This document shows positions 9,454-19,943 of a stretch of 64,000 nt of DNA, piece after piece. A program made the position numbers and the translations under genes. Where the stretch lies: assembly GCA_963667665.2 (NCBI GenBank), contig OY763927.2, forward strand, positions 224,001 to 288,000, given 5' to 3'. The DNA is from Nitrosopumilus sp. GTDB lineage: Archaea; Thermoproteota; Nitrososphaeria; Nitrososphaerales; Nitrosopumilaceae. The notes under the pieces are model-generated. The model had not been told where the DNA came from and did no database searches. It saw only the letters and a program-made list of their open reading frames with translations. Each line of letters opens with the position of its first letter. The stretch's first letter is position 1.

Positions 9454-10398
9454 ATGCACACAATACGCATTCCAAAAGTTATCAACTTTGGAGAAGATGC
9501 ACTTGGTCAAACAGAGTATCCTAAAAATGCCCTTGTTGTCACAACAGTTCCTCCAGCACTTTCTGACAAATGGTTAGGAAAAATGGGAATTAAGGATTAC
9601 ATGTTGTATGATAAAGTAAAACCTGAACCATCAATTAATGATGTCAATACAGTAATTTCAGAATTCAAAGACAAAAAACCATCTGTTCTAATTGGATTAG
9701 GTGGTGGAAGTTCAATGGATGTAGTAAAATATGCTGCCCAGGATTTTGGAGTAGAAAAGATCTTAATTCCAACTACATTTGGAACTGGAGCTGAAATGAC
9801 AACTTATTGTGTTCTAAAATTTGATGGAAAAAAGAAATTGTTACACGAAGACAGATTCTTAGCTGACATGGCTGTAGTTGATTCATATTTTATGGATGGA
9901 ACTCCAGAACAAGTCCTCAAAAATTCTGTTTGTGATGCATGTGCTCAAGCTACTGAGGGCTATGATAGTAAACTTGGTAATGACTTGACTAGAACTCTAT
10001 GTAAACAAGCATTTGAGATTCTTTATGATGCAATAATGAATGACAAACCAGAGAACTATCCATATGGTTCAATGTTATCTGGAATGGGATTTGGAAATTG
10101 CTCTACAACACTTGGACATGCTTTGTCTTATGTATTCTCAAATGAAGATGTACCACATGGTTATTCACTATCTTCTTGTACTACAATTGCACACAAGCAT
10201 AACAAATCAATCTTCTATGATAGATTTAAAGAAGCAATGGAAAAACTTGGTTTTGATAAATTAGAACTCAAAGCTGATGTTTCAGAAGCTGCAGATGTTG
10301 TTATGACTGATAAAGGACATTTGGATCCAAACCCAATTCCAATATCAAAAGATGATGTTGTTAAATGTCTTGAAGGTATCAAAGCAGGTAATTTGTAA
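9454..10398 (+). CDS. Iron-containing alcohol dehydrogenase, probably malonic semialdehyde reductase of the thaumarchaeal HP/HB carbon-fixation cycle
   Basis: GGGSSMD, PTTFGTGAE, GHALS..VPHG; size and context (beside LLM gene and uvrBAC) resemble the Nitrosopumilus maritimus enzyme as recalled, not verified. Confidence 0.8.
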   Translation: MHTIRIPKVINFGEDALGQTEYPKNALVVTTVPPALSDKWLGKMGIKDYMLYDKVKPEPSINDVNTVISEFKDKKPSVLIGLGGGSSMDVVKYAAQDFGVEKILIPTTFGTGAEMTTYCVLKFDGKKKLLHEDRFLADMAVVDSYFMDGTPEQVLKNSVCDACAQATEGYDSKLGNDLTRTLCKQAFEILYDAIMNDKPENYPYGSMLSGMGFGNCSTTLGHALSYVFSNEDVPHGYSLSSCTTIAHKHNKSIFYDRFKEAMEKLGFDKLELKADVSEAADVVMTDKGHLDPNPIPISKDDVVKCLEGIKAGNL

Positions 10399-10492
10399 AA
10401 AATTCAAATTTTTTTTACCTTTCTTCTATTTTCTTGAAAAACTGCGAAATGAGTAGCTAATTAAACTTATTTATCCTAATATTCTGTCGTAA

Positions 10493-11599
10493 TTGTACGT
10501 GACTGAAAAAAAGCTCAAATTTGGTATTCAAAACGGATTAAATGTTGCTAGAGCAGGATATACTGAAGACCAAATTCTAACAGCTTGTATACTTGCCGAT
10601 AAAACAGGTTATGATTCTATTTTCTATATGGACCATACCAATGTTCCACAATGGAAAAAAGCAATAGTTTTGGATCCTTGGGTGATGTTGTCTGCAATTG
10701 CTGCAGTTACACAGAATGTAGAACTAGGAACATGTGTAACTGATGCCATTAGAAGACATCCATCTAACATTGCACTAGCTGCTATTTCTCTTGATAGAGT
10801 TTCAAAAGGTAGAGCTATCCTTGGAATTGGTGCAGGTGAGGCTCAAAACCTAAAAGAATTTTGTATACCATTTGAAAAACCAGTTTCAAAATGGGCCGAA
10901 CAAATTGATGTTATTCATAAACTGTATGAATCAACACCTGATAATGTAGTAAGTTATGACGGAAAATATTACAAACTTGAAGGCGCATGTTTGCAAGCGC
11001 CCCCAATTAGAAAACCACGACCACCAACTTACATGGCAGCTGGTGGTAAACGTACACTAGCATTAACCGGAAAACTTGGTGATGGTTGGCTACCAATTGG
11101 TTATACTCCACTACTCTTTGAAGATCATAAAGCACAAATTGAAAAATCAATGAATGAAAATAATAGAACACAAGAAGAAAAAGACAACTTCCAATTTGCA
11201 CTTGATATTGATGTATATTTTTCTGAAGATGCAGAAGAATCGTGGGCAAAAATGAAAGAAGCAGTTAAAGTAAGTTTATTCAAGCCTGAAATCTTGAGAG
11301 TACATGGATTAAAAGAAATTGAGGGATTTGATTTTGTCAAATATTTTACAGAATATTCAATGTCTGATCAATCTTGGATAATAAAGATGAGAGAAGCTGC
11401 AACTAAGATGCCTGATGATGTTGCTCGTTCTTCAACTGCAATTGGCACTCCTGAAGATGTAATTCCAATATTTGAGCGATTCATGAAAGCTGGTGTTAAT
11501 CACTTTGTAATTAGATTTTGGGGAAAGAACTACTTTGGTTCTATTGACAAATTTGCAACTCATGTAATGCCAAAACTCAGAGAAATAGCCAAACAATAG
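10493..11599 (+). CDS. LLM-class (probably F420-dependent) oxidoreductase
   Basis: MDH, DPWVMLSAIA, LDRVSKGRAILGIGAG, GDGWLP motifs. Confidence 0.9.
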   Translation: MYVTEKKLKFGIQNGLNVARAGYTEDQILTACILADKTGYDSIFYMDHTNVPQWKKAIVLDPWVMLSAIAAVTQNVELGTCVTDAIRRHPSNIALAAISLDRVSKGRAILGIGAGEAQNLKEFCIPFEKPVSKWAEQIDVIHKLYESTPDNVVSYDGKYYKLEGACLQAPPIRKPRPPTYMAAGGKRTLALTGKLGDGWLPIGYTPLLFEDHKAQIEKSMNENNRTQEEKDNFQFALDIDVYFSEDAEESWAKMKEAVKVSLFKPEILRVHGLKEIEGFDFVKYFTEYSMSDQSWIIKMREAATKMPDDVARSSTAIGTPEDVIPIFERFMKAGVNHFVIRFWGKNYFGSIDKFATHVMPKLREIAKQ

Positions 11600-11640
11600 G
11601 GCGTTCTATTCTATTACATACAGAAAATCATTTACTTTAC

Positions 11641-11889
11641 TTGTTTATAGTAGATATGATGGATGACGATATCCCTGAGGCAGTAAAAAAATGTCTTGAT
11701 ATTTTAGAAGAAAATGCTGAAATCTTGACAAATCTTGAATTTGATTTAGAATCTGAGAAAGAAGATGAATTGATTCCAAACATGGAACTTCATCAGCTAT
11801 TTGATTTGACTGAAGATGTTTCTGAATCAGCAAAACTCAAACGTGCAGAATCCAATCTAATGAGAAGACAAACTGAAGATTCTTTTTAA
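11641..11889 (+). CDS. Small acidic hypothetical protein (start probably 11656-11659)
   Basis: ORF with typical codon usage; no recognisable domain. Confidence 0.5.
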   Translation: MFIVDMMDDDIPEAVKKCLDILEENAEILTNLEFDLESEKEDELIPNMELHQLFDLTEDVSESAKLKRAESNLMRRQTEDSF

Positions 11890-11890
11890 T

Positions 11891-12310
11891 TTATGATTTG
11901 TGTGGTCTTCTGTTTTTTGCTTTTGTAAATGATTTAGCTTTTCTTTTGTTTCGTTGTTTTGCTAATCTTTTCCTTGTACGTTCTTTGGATTTTGTTTCAC
12001 CTTGAATGATTTTTGTTTTGCTTCCATCTCTTAGCATAATTTCTTTTCCTTTGAATCTAAATTCTACATCTCTACATTTGATATAGTATTTTTTGAGACA
12101 AAAAAATATTCTATTATTTGTCCCATGCATATCTTTGACTTCTTTTGATTTTTTTAGCTCAGTGATAATATTTCGAAGTAAACCTTTGTCAATATCTGTA
12201 ATTCTATGTAGTTCTCTAAACCAGATGAATCTTGAATTAGAACCCCATTCTTCTAGAATATCTAAAACTTGTTCTGTTGTCTTTTCTTGTTCCATGTCTA
12301 TCTTATGCAT
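11891..12310 (-). CDS. Hypothetical protein, winged-helix-like N-terminus and basic tail
   Basis: FRELHRITDIDKGLLRNIITEL helix-turn-helix pattern; K/R-rich C-terminus. Confidence 0.55.
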   Translation of the reverse strand: MHKIDMEQEKTTEQVLDILEEWGSNSRFIWFRELHRITDIDKGLLRNIITELKKSKEVKDMHGTNNRIFFCLKKYYIKCRDVEFRFKGKEIMLRDGSKTKIIQGETKSKERTRKRLAKQRNKRKAKSFTKAKNRRPHKS

Positions 12311-12634
12311 AAATTGTCTAGCATTATTCCTATATTTTATCAGTTTTCATTAATGGAAAGTTTGAATGATACAAGTCAAGTTTTTGAATGTTCTTCCTTT
12401 TTGATTATTTTTGTAATGATTACCTGTGAGCACAGAATTAAAAAATGAATGCACAGAATTGGAATGCAGAATTTTAGAAATCAAAGCATTGGCAAAAGAA
12501 CTAGATGCCGATAATTAGAATTATTTTTTGATTTAGACAGTTTTCTTCAAGTTTTTGTATGTTTTTTTATTTACTTCCTGTATAATTTTGAGTATTTGTA
12601 CTCTAGATTTATAAAATGATTTTTTATAATTTAG

Positions 12635-13270
12635 ATGTTGCAACTAATTGGAATCTTAAAAATTAATTCATTTGAAAAAATTAAAGATTTTCTTAATCAA
12701 GAACATGTTGGCAGAATTTCAAGCATTGATGAAAATGGGTTTCCTCAAATAATTCCAATGAATTTTGTTTTTCTAAATGATGCAATCTATATCCATTCTC
12801 ATGTCAAAGGTGAAAAATTGAATAATATTTCTCGTAACAACAAAGTAGGTTTTGAAGCAGACAGAGAGCTAGAATTTCTCCCTTCTTATTTTGAGGATCC
12901 ATATAATGCATCTCTAGCAGATACTTTGTACATCAGTGTTGTAATCAAAGGAATTGCTTCTTTTGTTACTGATAGAGAAGAAAAAACACTTGCACTCAAT
13001 GGATTAATGGAAAAATATCAACCTGAGGGGCAATATGACCCAATTAAATCTGATATGCGAGTTTTGGATGCTGTTATTGTGATCAAAATAGTTCCAGAAA
13101 CCATACATGGTAAATACAAAATTGGTCAAGACATGAATCCTGTAGATAGAATGGATTTAGCACAAAAGATTTTGAAAAGAAATTCTCTATCATCAAAACA
13201 AACTTTGAAACTTATGGGTTTTGAAGAAACTGATGATGGTCTAAGAATGGTTGATGAACCTGTATGGTAA
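12635..13270 (+). CDS. Pyridoxamine 5'-phosphate oxidase-like FMN-binding protein
   Basis: VGRISSID..G.P.IIPMNFV, H....GEK, YISVVIKG, GKYKIGQ. Confidence 0.88.
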   Translation: MLQLIGILKINSFEKIKDFLNQEHVGRISSIDENGFPQIIPMNFVFLNDAIYIHSHVKGEKLNNISRNNKVGFEADRELEFLPSYFEDPYNASLADTLYISVVIKGIASFVTDREEKTLALNGLMEKYQPEGQYDPIKSDMRVLDAVIVIKIVPETIHGKYKIGQDMNPVDRMDLAQKILKRNSLSSKQTLKLMGFEETDDGLRMVDEPVW

Positions 13271-13579
13271 TCTTTGTTTGATGTTATTATTTTCTAAAAT
13301 TCTGTTTTACTGAGAATTACTCCTTATTTTGGTATGTTGTGGATCATTTTTTATCACTTGACTGACTATCTTTTTTTAAATCGTCATTGTATTCTTTAAA
13401 ACACTTCATGGAGCAAAACTTTATGTTATCTCCCAAAAATATTTTTCCACAATTAATACAATCCATATCTTCTATACTAAAAAATGATGGAATCTGTTGT
13501 TTAAATTATGATATAATGTCATCTATTGGGTATTTCGATATCCGTTAGCTATAAGTTCAGTTTTTGAGAATCTTATCTA

Positions 13580-15532
13580 TTGGCACAAATATCACAATTT
13601 GAACTAGTATCTGATTTTGAACCTACTGGAGATCAACCACAAGCAATTGATGCACTAGTTGAAGGTGTTAACAAAGGAACAATTCAAACTTTACTTGGTG
13701 TCACAGGAAGTGGTAAGACTTTCTCAGTTGCAAATGTTATCGCCAGGACTGGCAAAAACACTTTGGTAATATCTCATAACAAAACTCTTGCGGCACAGCT
13801 TTATTCAGAATTAAAACAATTTTTTCCAAAAAATAATGTTGGATATTTTGTTTCATACTATGATTACTATCAACCAGAAAGTTATCTTCCTCAAACAGAT
13901 ACCTATATCGAAAAAGATACCCAAATCAACGAGAAAATTGAAAAACTAAGACTAGAGGCAACTGCAATGCTACTTTCAGGAGAGCCTACAATAATTATAT
14001 CGACAGTTTCTTGTATCTATTCTCTTGGTAATCCTAGAGATTGGGATGATTTAGCAATAACAATTAACACTAGTGATAAAATTAGACGAAATGAAATCAT
14101 TCGAAAATTTATTGATGCTAGATATGAAAGAAATGATACAGAGGTTGCACCAGGAAACTTTCGAGTTAAAGGCGATACAATTGATGTTACTCCTGCATAT
14201 TCTGAAGATTTAGTTAGAATTTCTCTATTTGGTGATGAAGTAGAAAAAATTACTATACTTGATCATGTATCGCTAAAAGAAAAGAAAAAAATCTCACAAA
14301 TTAAAATTTTTCCTGCAAAACATTATCTTATTGCAAAAGATGTTAGAGAAAAAGCTGTCAAATCTATAAAAGAAGAATTGAAAAAATGCTTACCTGAATT
14401 AAATGAATTAGAAAATCAAAGACTTGAGATGCGAACAAAATATGATTTAGAGATGATTGAAGAATTAGGTTATTGTTCAGGAATTGAAAATTATTCCAGG
14501 CATTTTGATGGAAGAAAAGCTGGAGAAAAAGCATTTTGTTTGATGGATTTTTTTGGAGATGATTATCTTTTGGTAATTGATGAATCCCACGTATCCCTAC
14601 CACAACTTCATGGAATGTACAAAGGTGATTATTCCCGAAAAAAAGAATTAGTAACTTATGGATTTAGACTTCCAAGTGCATATGACAATCGCCCATTGAA
14701 ATTCGAAGAGTTTGAAGAGTACATTAAAAATACGATATTTGTATCTGCAACTCCTTCTGAATATGAGCGGAAAATATCCTCAAAAATTGCAGAACAACTA
14801 GTCCGACCTACTGGTTTGCTTGATCCAAATGTTGAGATTAGGTCCACTAAAGGCCAACTCGATGATTTAATCCAAGAAATCAACAAAAGAGTGGACAATT
14901 CTGAGCGTGTTTTAGTTACTACATTAACCAAAAGAATGGCCGAAGATTTGGCTGAATATCTATCAAAAAAACAAGTTAGAGTGCGCTACATGCATTCAGA
15001 AATTGATGGGTTGCAAAGAACTGAAATAATCAGGCAATTACGTTTAGGAGAATTCGATGTTCTTGTTGGAATTAATCTTCTACGAGAAGGATTAGATATT
15101 CCTGAAGTCTCATTGGTGGCAATTTTGGATGCTGACAAGGAAGGATTTTTGAGAAACTTTACCAGTCTAATTCAAACATTTGGTCGTGCTTCAAGAAATG
15201 TACATGGAGCTGTGATAATGTATGCTGATAATATTACAAAATCCATGAAAACTGCCATAGATGAAACTAATCGTCGTAGAGAAAAGCAAATGAAATACAA
15301 TCAAGAACATGATATTACCCCTACAACAATAATAAAATCAGTTCCAGAACAAGAAACAATGTTAGATGAATCAAAACTCAAATCAACTTATGATCTTACC
15401 ACTGATATTATTGATTTAGAAGTACAAATGAAAAAATATTCTGAGGATTTAGACTTTGAACGAGCAATAGAATGCCGAGATAGAATAAAAAGACTAGAAA
15501 GGGAGGTTCAATTAAAAAATGCAAGAAAATAA
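13580..15532 (+). CDS. uvrB: Excinuclease ABC subunit B
   Basis: PTGDQPQAI, GVTGSGKT, FVSYYDYYQPE, GINLLREGLD, C-terminal UVR domain. Confidence 0.98.
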   Translation: MAQISQFELVSDFEPTGDQPQAIDALVEGVNKGTIQTLLGVTGSGKTFSVANVIARTGKNTLVISHNKTLAAQLYSELKQFFPKNNVGYFVSYYDYYQPESYLPQTDTYIEKDTQINEKIEKLRLEATAMLLSGEPTIIISTVSCIYSLGNPRDWDDLAITINTSDKIRRNEIIRKFIDARYERNDTEVAPGNFRVKGDTIDVTPAYSEDLVRISLFGDEVEKITILDHVSLKEKKKISQIKIFPAKHYLIAKDVREKAVKSIKEELKKCLPELNELENQRLEMRTKYDLEMIEELGYCSGIENYSRHFDGRKAGEKAFCLMDFFGDDYLLVIDESHVSLPQLHGMYKGDYSRKKELVTYGFRLPSAYDNRPLKFEEFEEYIKNTIFVSATPSEYERKISSKIAEQLVRPTGLLDPNVEIRSTKGQLDDLIQEINKRVDNSERVLVTTLTKRMAEDLAEYLSKKQVRVRYMHSEIDGLQRTEIIRQLRLGEFDVLVGINLLREGLDIPEVSLVAILDADKEGFLRNFTSLIQTFGRASRNVHGAVIMYADNITKSMKTAIDETNRRREKQMKYNQEHDITPTTIIKSVPEQETMLDESKLKSTYDLTTDIIDLEVQMKKYSEDLDFERAIECRDRIKRLEREVQLKNARK

Positions 15533-18338
15533 GCTAAAGATTCGTGGAGCACGACATCATAATCTAAAAAATCTAGATATTGATATTCCAAAAAATAAAC
15601 TAGTTGTCATTAGTGGTTTATCTGGTTCTGGAAAATCAACTTTGGCTTTTGATACTATTTATGCTGAAGGTCAGAGAAGATATGTTGAATCTCTATCTGC
15701 ATATGCACGTCAATTTTTAGAATTGATGGACAAGCCTGATGTTGATTCTATTGAAGGATTATCTCCTGCAATTTCTATTCAACAAAAAACTACTAACAAA
15801 AATCCACGTTCTACTGTAGGTACCACTACTGAAATTTTTGATTACATGAGATTGCTTTTTGCAAGGATTGGAATTCCTTATTGTACAAATTGTAATAGAA
15901 AAATTTCTACCCAATCTATTGAAACAATTTGTGATTCTGTTCTCAAAGATTTTAAAGGAAAAAAAATCCTTATTCTATCTCCAATAATTCAGAGAAAAAA
16001 AGGAACATATGAAAAATTATTTGAACAAATCAAAAAAGATGGATACTCTAGAATACGCCTAAATGGCGAAATTTTGAGCCTAGATGATGAGATTCCTCCA
16101 TTAGACAGGCAAAAATGGCATAATATTGAGATTGTAGTTGATAGAATTAAAACTGAAAAATCTGAAAGATCAAGACTCTTTGAGGCAATTCAAACTGCAA
16201 TTAAAGCATCAAAGGGAGATGTAATGATTGCATTTGAAAAAACAGAAAAAATTTTCTCACAAAACAATGCATGTCCTTATTGTGGATTAACTATAGGTGA
16301 TCTAGAACCTCGAACCTTTTCTTTTAATTCTCCATTTGGAATGTGCAAAACATGTAATGGATTGGGTGTGAAGATGGAGTTTGATTCTGATTTAGTAATT
16401 CCTGATAAAACCAAATCAATTTTAGATGGTGCTATTGTTCCATGGAGTGGACGGTTTTCTTCATTTCGAAGACAAGCATTAAGAGCTGTTGGAAAGAAAT
16501 TTGGTTTTGATTTAATGACTCCAATTGAAAAAATAAAATCAAAACATCTAAAAATTATATTACATGGAACAGATGATTTGATTGATTTTAAATATAGGTC
16601 AAAGTCCGGTGATTCGTCTTGGGAATATACCAATGCATTTGAAGGCGTACTTGCTAACTTACAACGTGTCTTTATGGAGACTGAATCTGAATCAAAACGT
16701 GAGTGGTTAAAGCAATTCATGCGAGATACTCCATGTAATACATGTGATGGAAAAAAACTAAAACCAGAATCACTTGCAGTAAAAATCAACGGCAAAGGAA
16801 TCATAGATGTTTGTGATTTATCCATTGATCACTGTTATGATTTTTTTTCTACATTGAAATTGACTGAAAATGAACAATACATTGCAAGAGATATTCTCAA
16901 AGAGATCAAAGAACGTCTTGAATTTCTAATGAATGTTGGATTAAATTATCTTACATTAAACAGATCAAGTTCCACTTTATCTGGTGGTGAATCCCAACGA
17001 ATCAGATTGGCAACTCAGATTGGGTCTAATCTGACTGGTGTTTTGTATGTCCTTGATGAACCAACCATTGGATTACATCAACGTGATAATGAAAGACTCA
17101 TTAAAACGCTAACAAAGCTACGAAACCTTGGAAATACTGTAATTGTTGTAGAACATGACGAAGAAATTATACGAAATTCGGACTGGCTAATAGATTTAGG
17201 TCCTGGTGCTGGTGTGCATGGAGGAAATATAGTTTTTGAGGGAACAGTAGACAAAATCCTTAATGGACATAAATCAGTTACAGGCGATTACCTAAAAGAT
17301 AAATCTTTGATACATTTGAAAAATAAAATTCGTAATCGTGCTGGCTCATTAATTATTACTAAAGCATCAGAAAATAATCTCAAAGAAATTGATGTTGAAA
17401 TTCCACTAGGTCTTTTTGTAGCTGTAACTGGTGTTTCAGGTTCTGGAAAGTCTACTCTGATTAATGATGTCTTACTTAAAACATTGGAAAATCATTTTTA
17501 CAAATCAAATGTAAGACCAGGAAATCACAAAGAGATTGTTGGTTTAGAAAATATTGATAAAGTAATTGCAATTGATCAATCACCAATTGGTAGAACCCCA
17601 CGTTCAAATCCTGCAACATACATTGGAGCCTTTACTCATATTCGAGAACTTTATTCAAATACTGAATTATCAAAAGAACGTGGATATGCTCCAGGACAAT
17701 TTTCATTTAATGTGGCTGTTGGAAGATGTTTTGCTTGTGATGGTGATGGAGTAAAACAAATTGAAATGCAATTTCTGTCTGATGTATATGTAAAATGTGA
17801 TGAATGTAAAGGAAAAAGATACAACTCTGAAACACTATCTGTCTTATTCAAGGGTAAAAACATCTCCGATATTTTAGATATGACCGTTTATGAGGCACTG
17901 AATTTCTTTGAAAATATTCCATCAATTAAACGAAAATTACAGACAGTTTATGATGTTGGGTTGGGTTATATCAAACTGGGGCAATCATCCACTACATTAT
18001 CTGGTGGTGAAGCTCAAAGAGTAAAACTTGCCTCTGAGTTATCAAAACGAGGTACTGGAAAGACACTCTACATCTTAGATGAGCCTACTACCGGTTTGCA
18101 TTTTGCAGATGTTCAAAAATTATTAGATGTACTTAACAGACTAGTGAATTTGGGAAATACAGTAATAGTAATTGAGCATAACATGGATGTGATCAAGAAT
18201 TCTGATTGGTTGATTGATCTAGGGCCAGAAGGTGGTGATGAAGGAGGCAGAGTTGTATGTACTGGAACCCCACAAGATGTTGCAAAGGCACCAGGAAGCT
18301 ATACTGGAAGATATTTGAAAAAATTATTAAAAAAATGA
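15519..18338 (+). CDS. uvrA: Excinuclease ABC subunit A
   Basis: Two ABC ATPase domains ([21 protein letters not shown]) and zinc fingers. Confidence 0.98.
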   Translation: MQENKLKIRGARHHNLKNLDIDIPKNKLVVISGLSGSGKSTLAFDTIYAEGQRRYVESLSAYARQFLELMDKPDVDSIEGLSPAISIQQKTTNKNPRSTVGTTTEIFDYMRLLFARIGIPYCTNCNRKISTQSIETICDSVLKDFKGKKILILSPIIQRKKGTYEKLFEQIKKDGYSRIRLNGEILSLDDEIPPLDRQKWHNIEIVVDRIKTEKSERSRLFEAIQTAIKASKGDVMIAFEKTEKIFSQNNACPYCGLTIGDLEPRTFSFNSPFGMCKTCNGLGVKMEFDSDLVIPDKTKSILDGAIVPWSGRFSSFRRQALRAVGKKFGFDLMTPIEKIKSKHLKIILHGTDDLIDFKYRSKSGDSSWEYTNAFEGVLANLQRVFMETESESKREWLKQFMRDTPCNTCDGKKLKPESLAVKINGKGIIDVCDLSIDHCYDFFSTLKLTENEQYIARDILKEIKERLEFLMNVGLNYLTLNRSSSTLSGGESQRIRLATQIGSNLTGVLYVLDEPTIGLHQRDNERLIKTLTKLRNLGNTVIVVEHDEEIIRNSDWLIDLGPGAGVHGGNIVFEGTVDKILNGHKSVTGDYLKDKSLIHLKNKIRNRAGSLIITKASENNLKEIDVEIPLGLFVAVTGVSGSGKSTLINDVLLKTLENHFYKSNVRPGNHKEIVGLENIDKVIAIDQSPIGRTPRSNPATYIGAFTHIRELYSNTELSKERGYAPGQFSFNVAVGRCFACDGDGVKQIEMQFLSDVYVKCDECKGKRYNSETLSVLFKGKNISDILDMTVYEALNFFENIPSIKRKLQTVYDVGLGYIKLGQSSTTLSGGEAQRVKLASELSKRGTGKTLYILDEPTTGLHFADVQKLLDVLNRLVNLGNTVIVIEHNMDVIKNSDWLIDLGPEGGDEGGRVVCTGTPQDVAKAPGSYTGRYLKKLLKK

Positions 18339-19921
18339 CTTTTCAGATTTCAAAAATTACAATCCCTACTAATCCTGGAATCTATTTGATGAAAGATTCT
18401 GGTGAAAAAATTATCTATATTGGAAAAGCAAAGAATCTAAAAAATCGCGTTAAATCATATTTTCTCAAAAACCAGAATTACAAGACTCAGAAATTAGTCG
18501 AAAACATTTCAGATATTGAATTTATTTTGACTGATAATGAGAGTGAGGCTTTTCTTTTAGAATCAAATATGATTAAAAAATATCGTCCAAGATTTAATAT
18601 TGAATTAAAAGATCAACAAAGATACACGTATCTTCGAGTCTCTGATGAAAAATATCCGAGACTATTAGTGACAAGAAGAACTAGGGATGGAAAATTTTTA
18701 GGTAAAGGAAAAACTTTTGGCCCTTTCACTCAAGGTAGCTCAAAATTACTCACAATTGGTACATTAAGAAAAGCATTCCAAATTAGAATTTGTAAAACTC
18801 TACCAAAAAAAGTATGTCTAGAATATCATTTAGGAAATTGTGAAGGTCCATGTGAATTCAAAGATGCAGAAGAAAGATACCCAAAACATATTTCTGCATT
18901 AGAAGAAGTCCTAAAAGGTAAAAATCAGACCAAAATTTTTACAAAAAAATTAGAAGAAGAAATGCATCAGGCGGCCAAAATCCAACAATTTGAGCGTGCA
19001 AAAGACATACGGGATACTTTGATTCGACTTGGAAGTCTTCAAACTAAGCAAAACATGGAATATGTTAAAAATTCTGATGAGGAATATTTTGGAATTGGTA
19101 TTAAAGAACAAACTGCCACAGTTATGAATTTTAGAATGATTAATGGAGTGATTAGAGATAGTGATAAATTCTTTTTTGATCTAGTTGGAGATAATTCTTT
19201 TTCAAACTTTCTTTATCAGTATTATTCTACACATAAAATTCCAAAATTTATTCTTGTTAATGTACTTCCTAATAATCAAAAATTATTGGAATCATTACTT
19301 TCAGTGCAATCTGGGTTTACTGTGAAAATCTTGAAACCAAATAAAGGAAAGAAAAGAGATATCATAAATTTAATCTTGAAAAACATCAAATTAATTCATT
19401 CAAAAGGAGGAGAACCTGGACTAGTTGAATTAAAAGAAATTCTAAACCTACCTGAAATTCCTAATGTCATTGAATGTTTTGATATTTCAAATCATGGTGC
19501 AGACTTTGCAGTAGGTTCAATGTCTAGATTTGTAGATGGAAAGCCAAACAAATCAGGATATAGAAAATTCAAAATTAAAACAGTATCTGGACGAGATGAT
19601 TTTGCAATGATTGGAGAAATCATTAAAAGAAGATATTATAGATTACTAGAAGAGCATTCTGAACTCCCTGATTTGATACTAATTGATGGCGGCAAAGGAC
19701 AACTAAATGCAGCTATGAAATCTTTAGAATCTCTTGGATTGAAACTTTCGTGTATTTCTTTAGCCAAAGAAAATGAAGAAGTCTATATTCCAAAAAATAA
19801 AAATCCAATAATAATTCCAAAAAAGCAATCATCTTTGAAAATTTTACAATATGCCCGAGATGAATCCCATAGATTTGGGGTGGCATATAATAGAACCATT
19901 CAAAAAAATCAAATAAAATAA
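18335..19921 (+). CDS. uvrC: Excinuclease ABC subunit C
   Basis: GIY-YIG (PGIY...YIGKAKNL), ECFDIS, IDGGKGQ, RDESHRF; ATG at 18335 overlaps the uvrA stop (ATGA). Confidence 0.96.
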   Translation: MTFQISKITIPTNPGIYLMKDSGEKIIYIGKAKNLKNRVKSYFLKNQNYKTQKLVENISDIEFILTDNESEAFLLESNMIKKYRPRFNIELKDQQRYTYLRVSDEKYPRLLVTRRTRDGKFLGKGKTFGPFTQGSSKLLTIGTLRKAFQIRICKTLPKKVCLEYHLGNCEGPCEFKDAEERYPKHISALEEVLKGKNQTKIFTKKLEEEMHQAAKIQQFERAKDIRDTLIRLGSLQTKQNMEYVKNSDEEYFGIGIKEQTATVMNFRMINGVIRDSDKFFFDLVGDNSFSNFLYQYYSTHKIPKFILVNVLPNNQKLLESLLSVQSGFTVKILKPNKGKKRDIINLILKNIKLIHSKGGEPGLVELKEILNLPEIPNVIECFDISNHGADFAVGSMSRFVDGKPNKSGYRKFKIKTVSGRDDFAMIGEIIKRRYYRLLEEHSELPDLILIDGGKGQLNAAMKSLESLGLKLSCISLAKENEEVYIPKNKNPIIIPKKQSSLKILQYARDESHRFGVAYNRTIQKNQIK

Positions 19922-19943
19922 GAAAAAAGGAAATTTTTTTTGG

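Noticed and set aside
18257-18334. Longer uvrC start from the ORF track
   Set aside because: It overlaps uvrA by 82 bp; the ATGA-coupled start at 18335 fits the GIY-YIG domain start.
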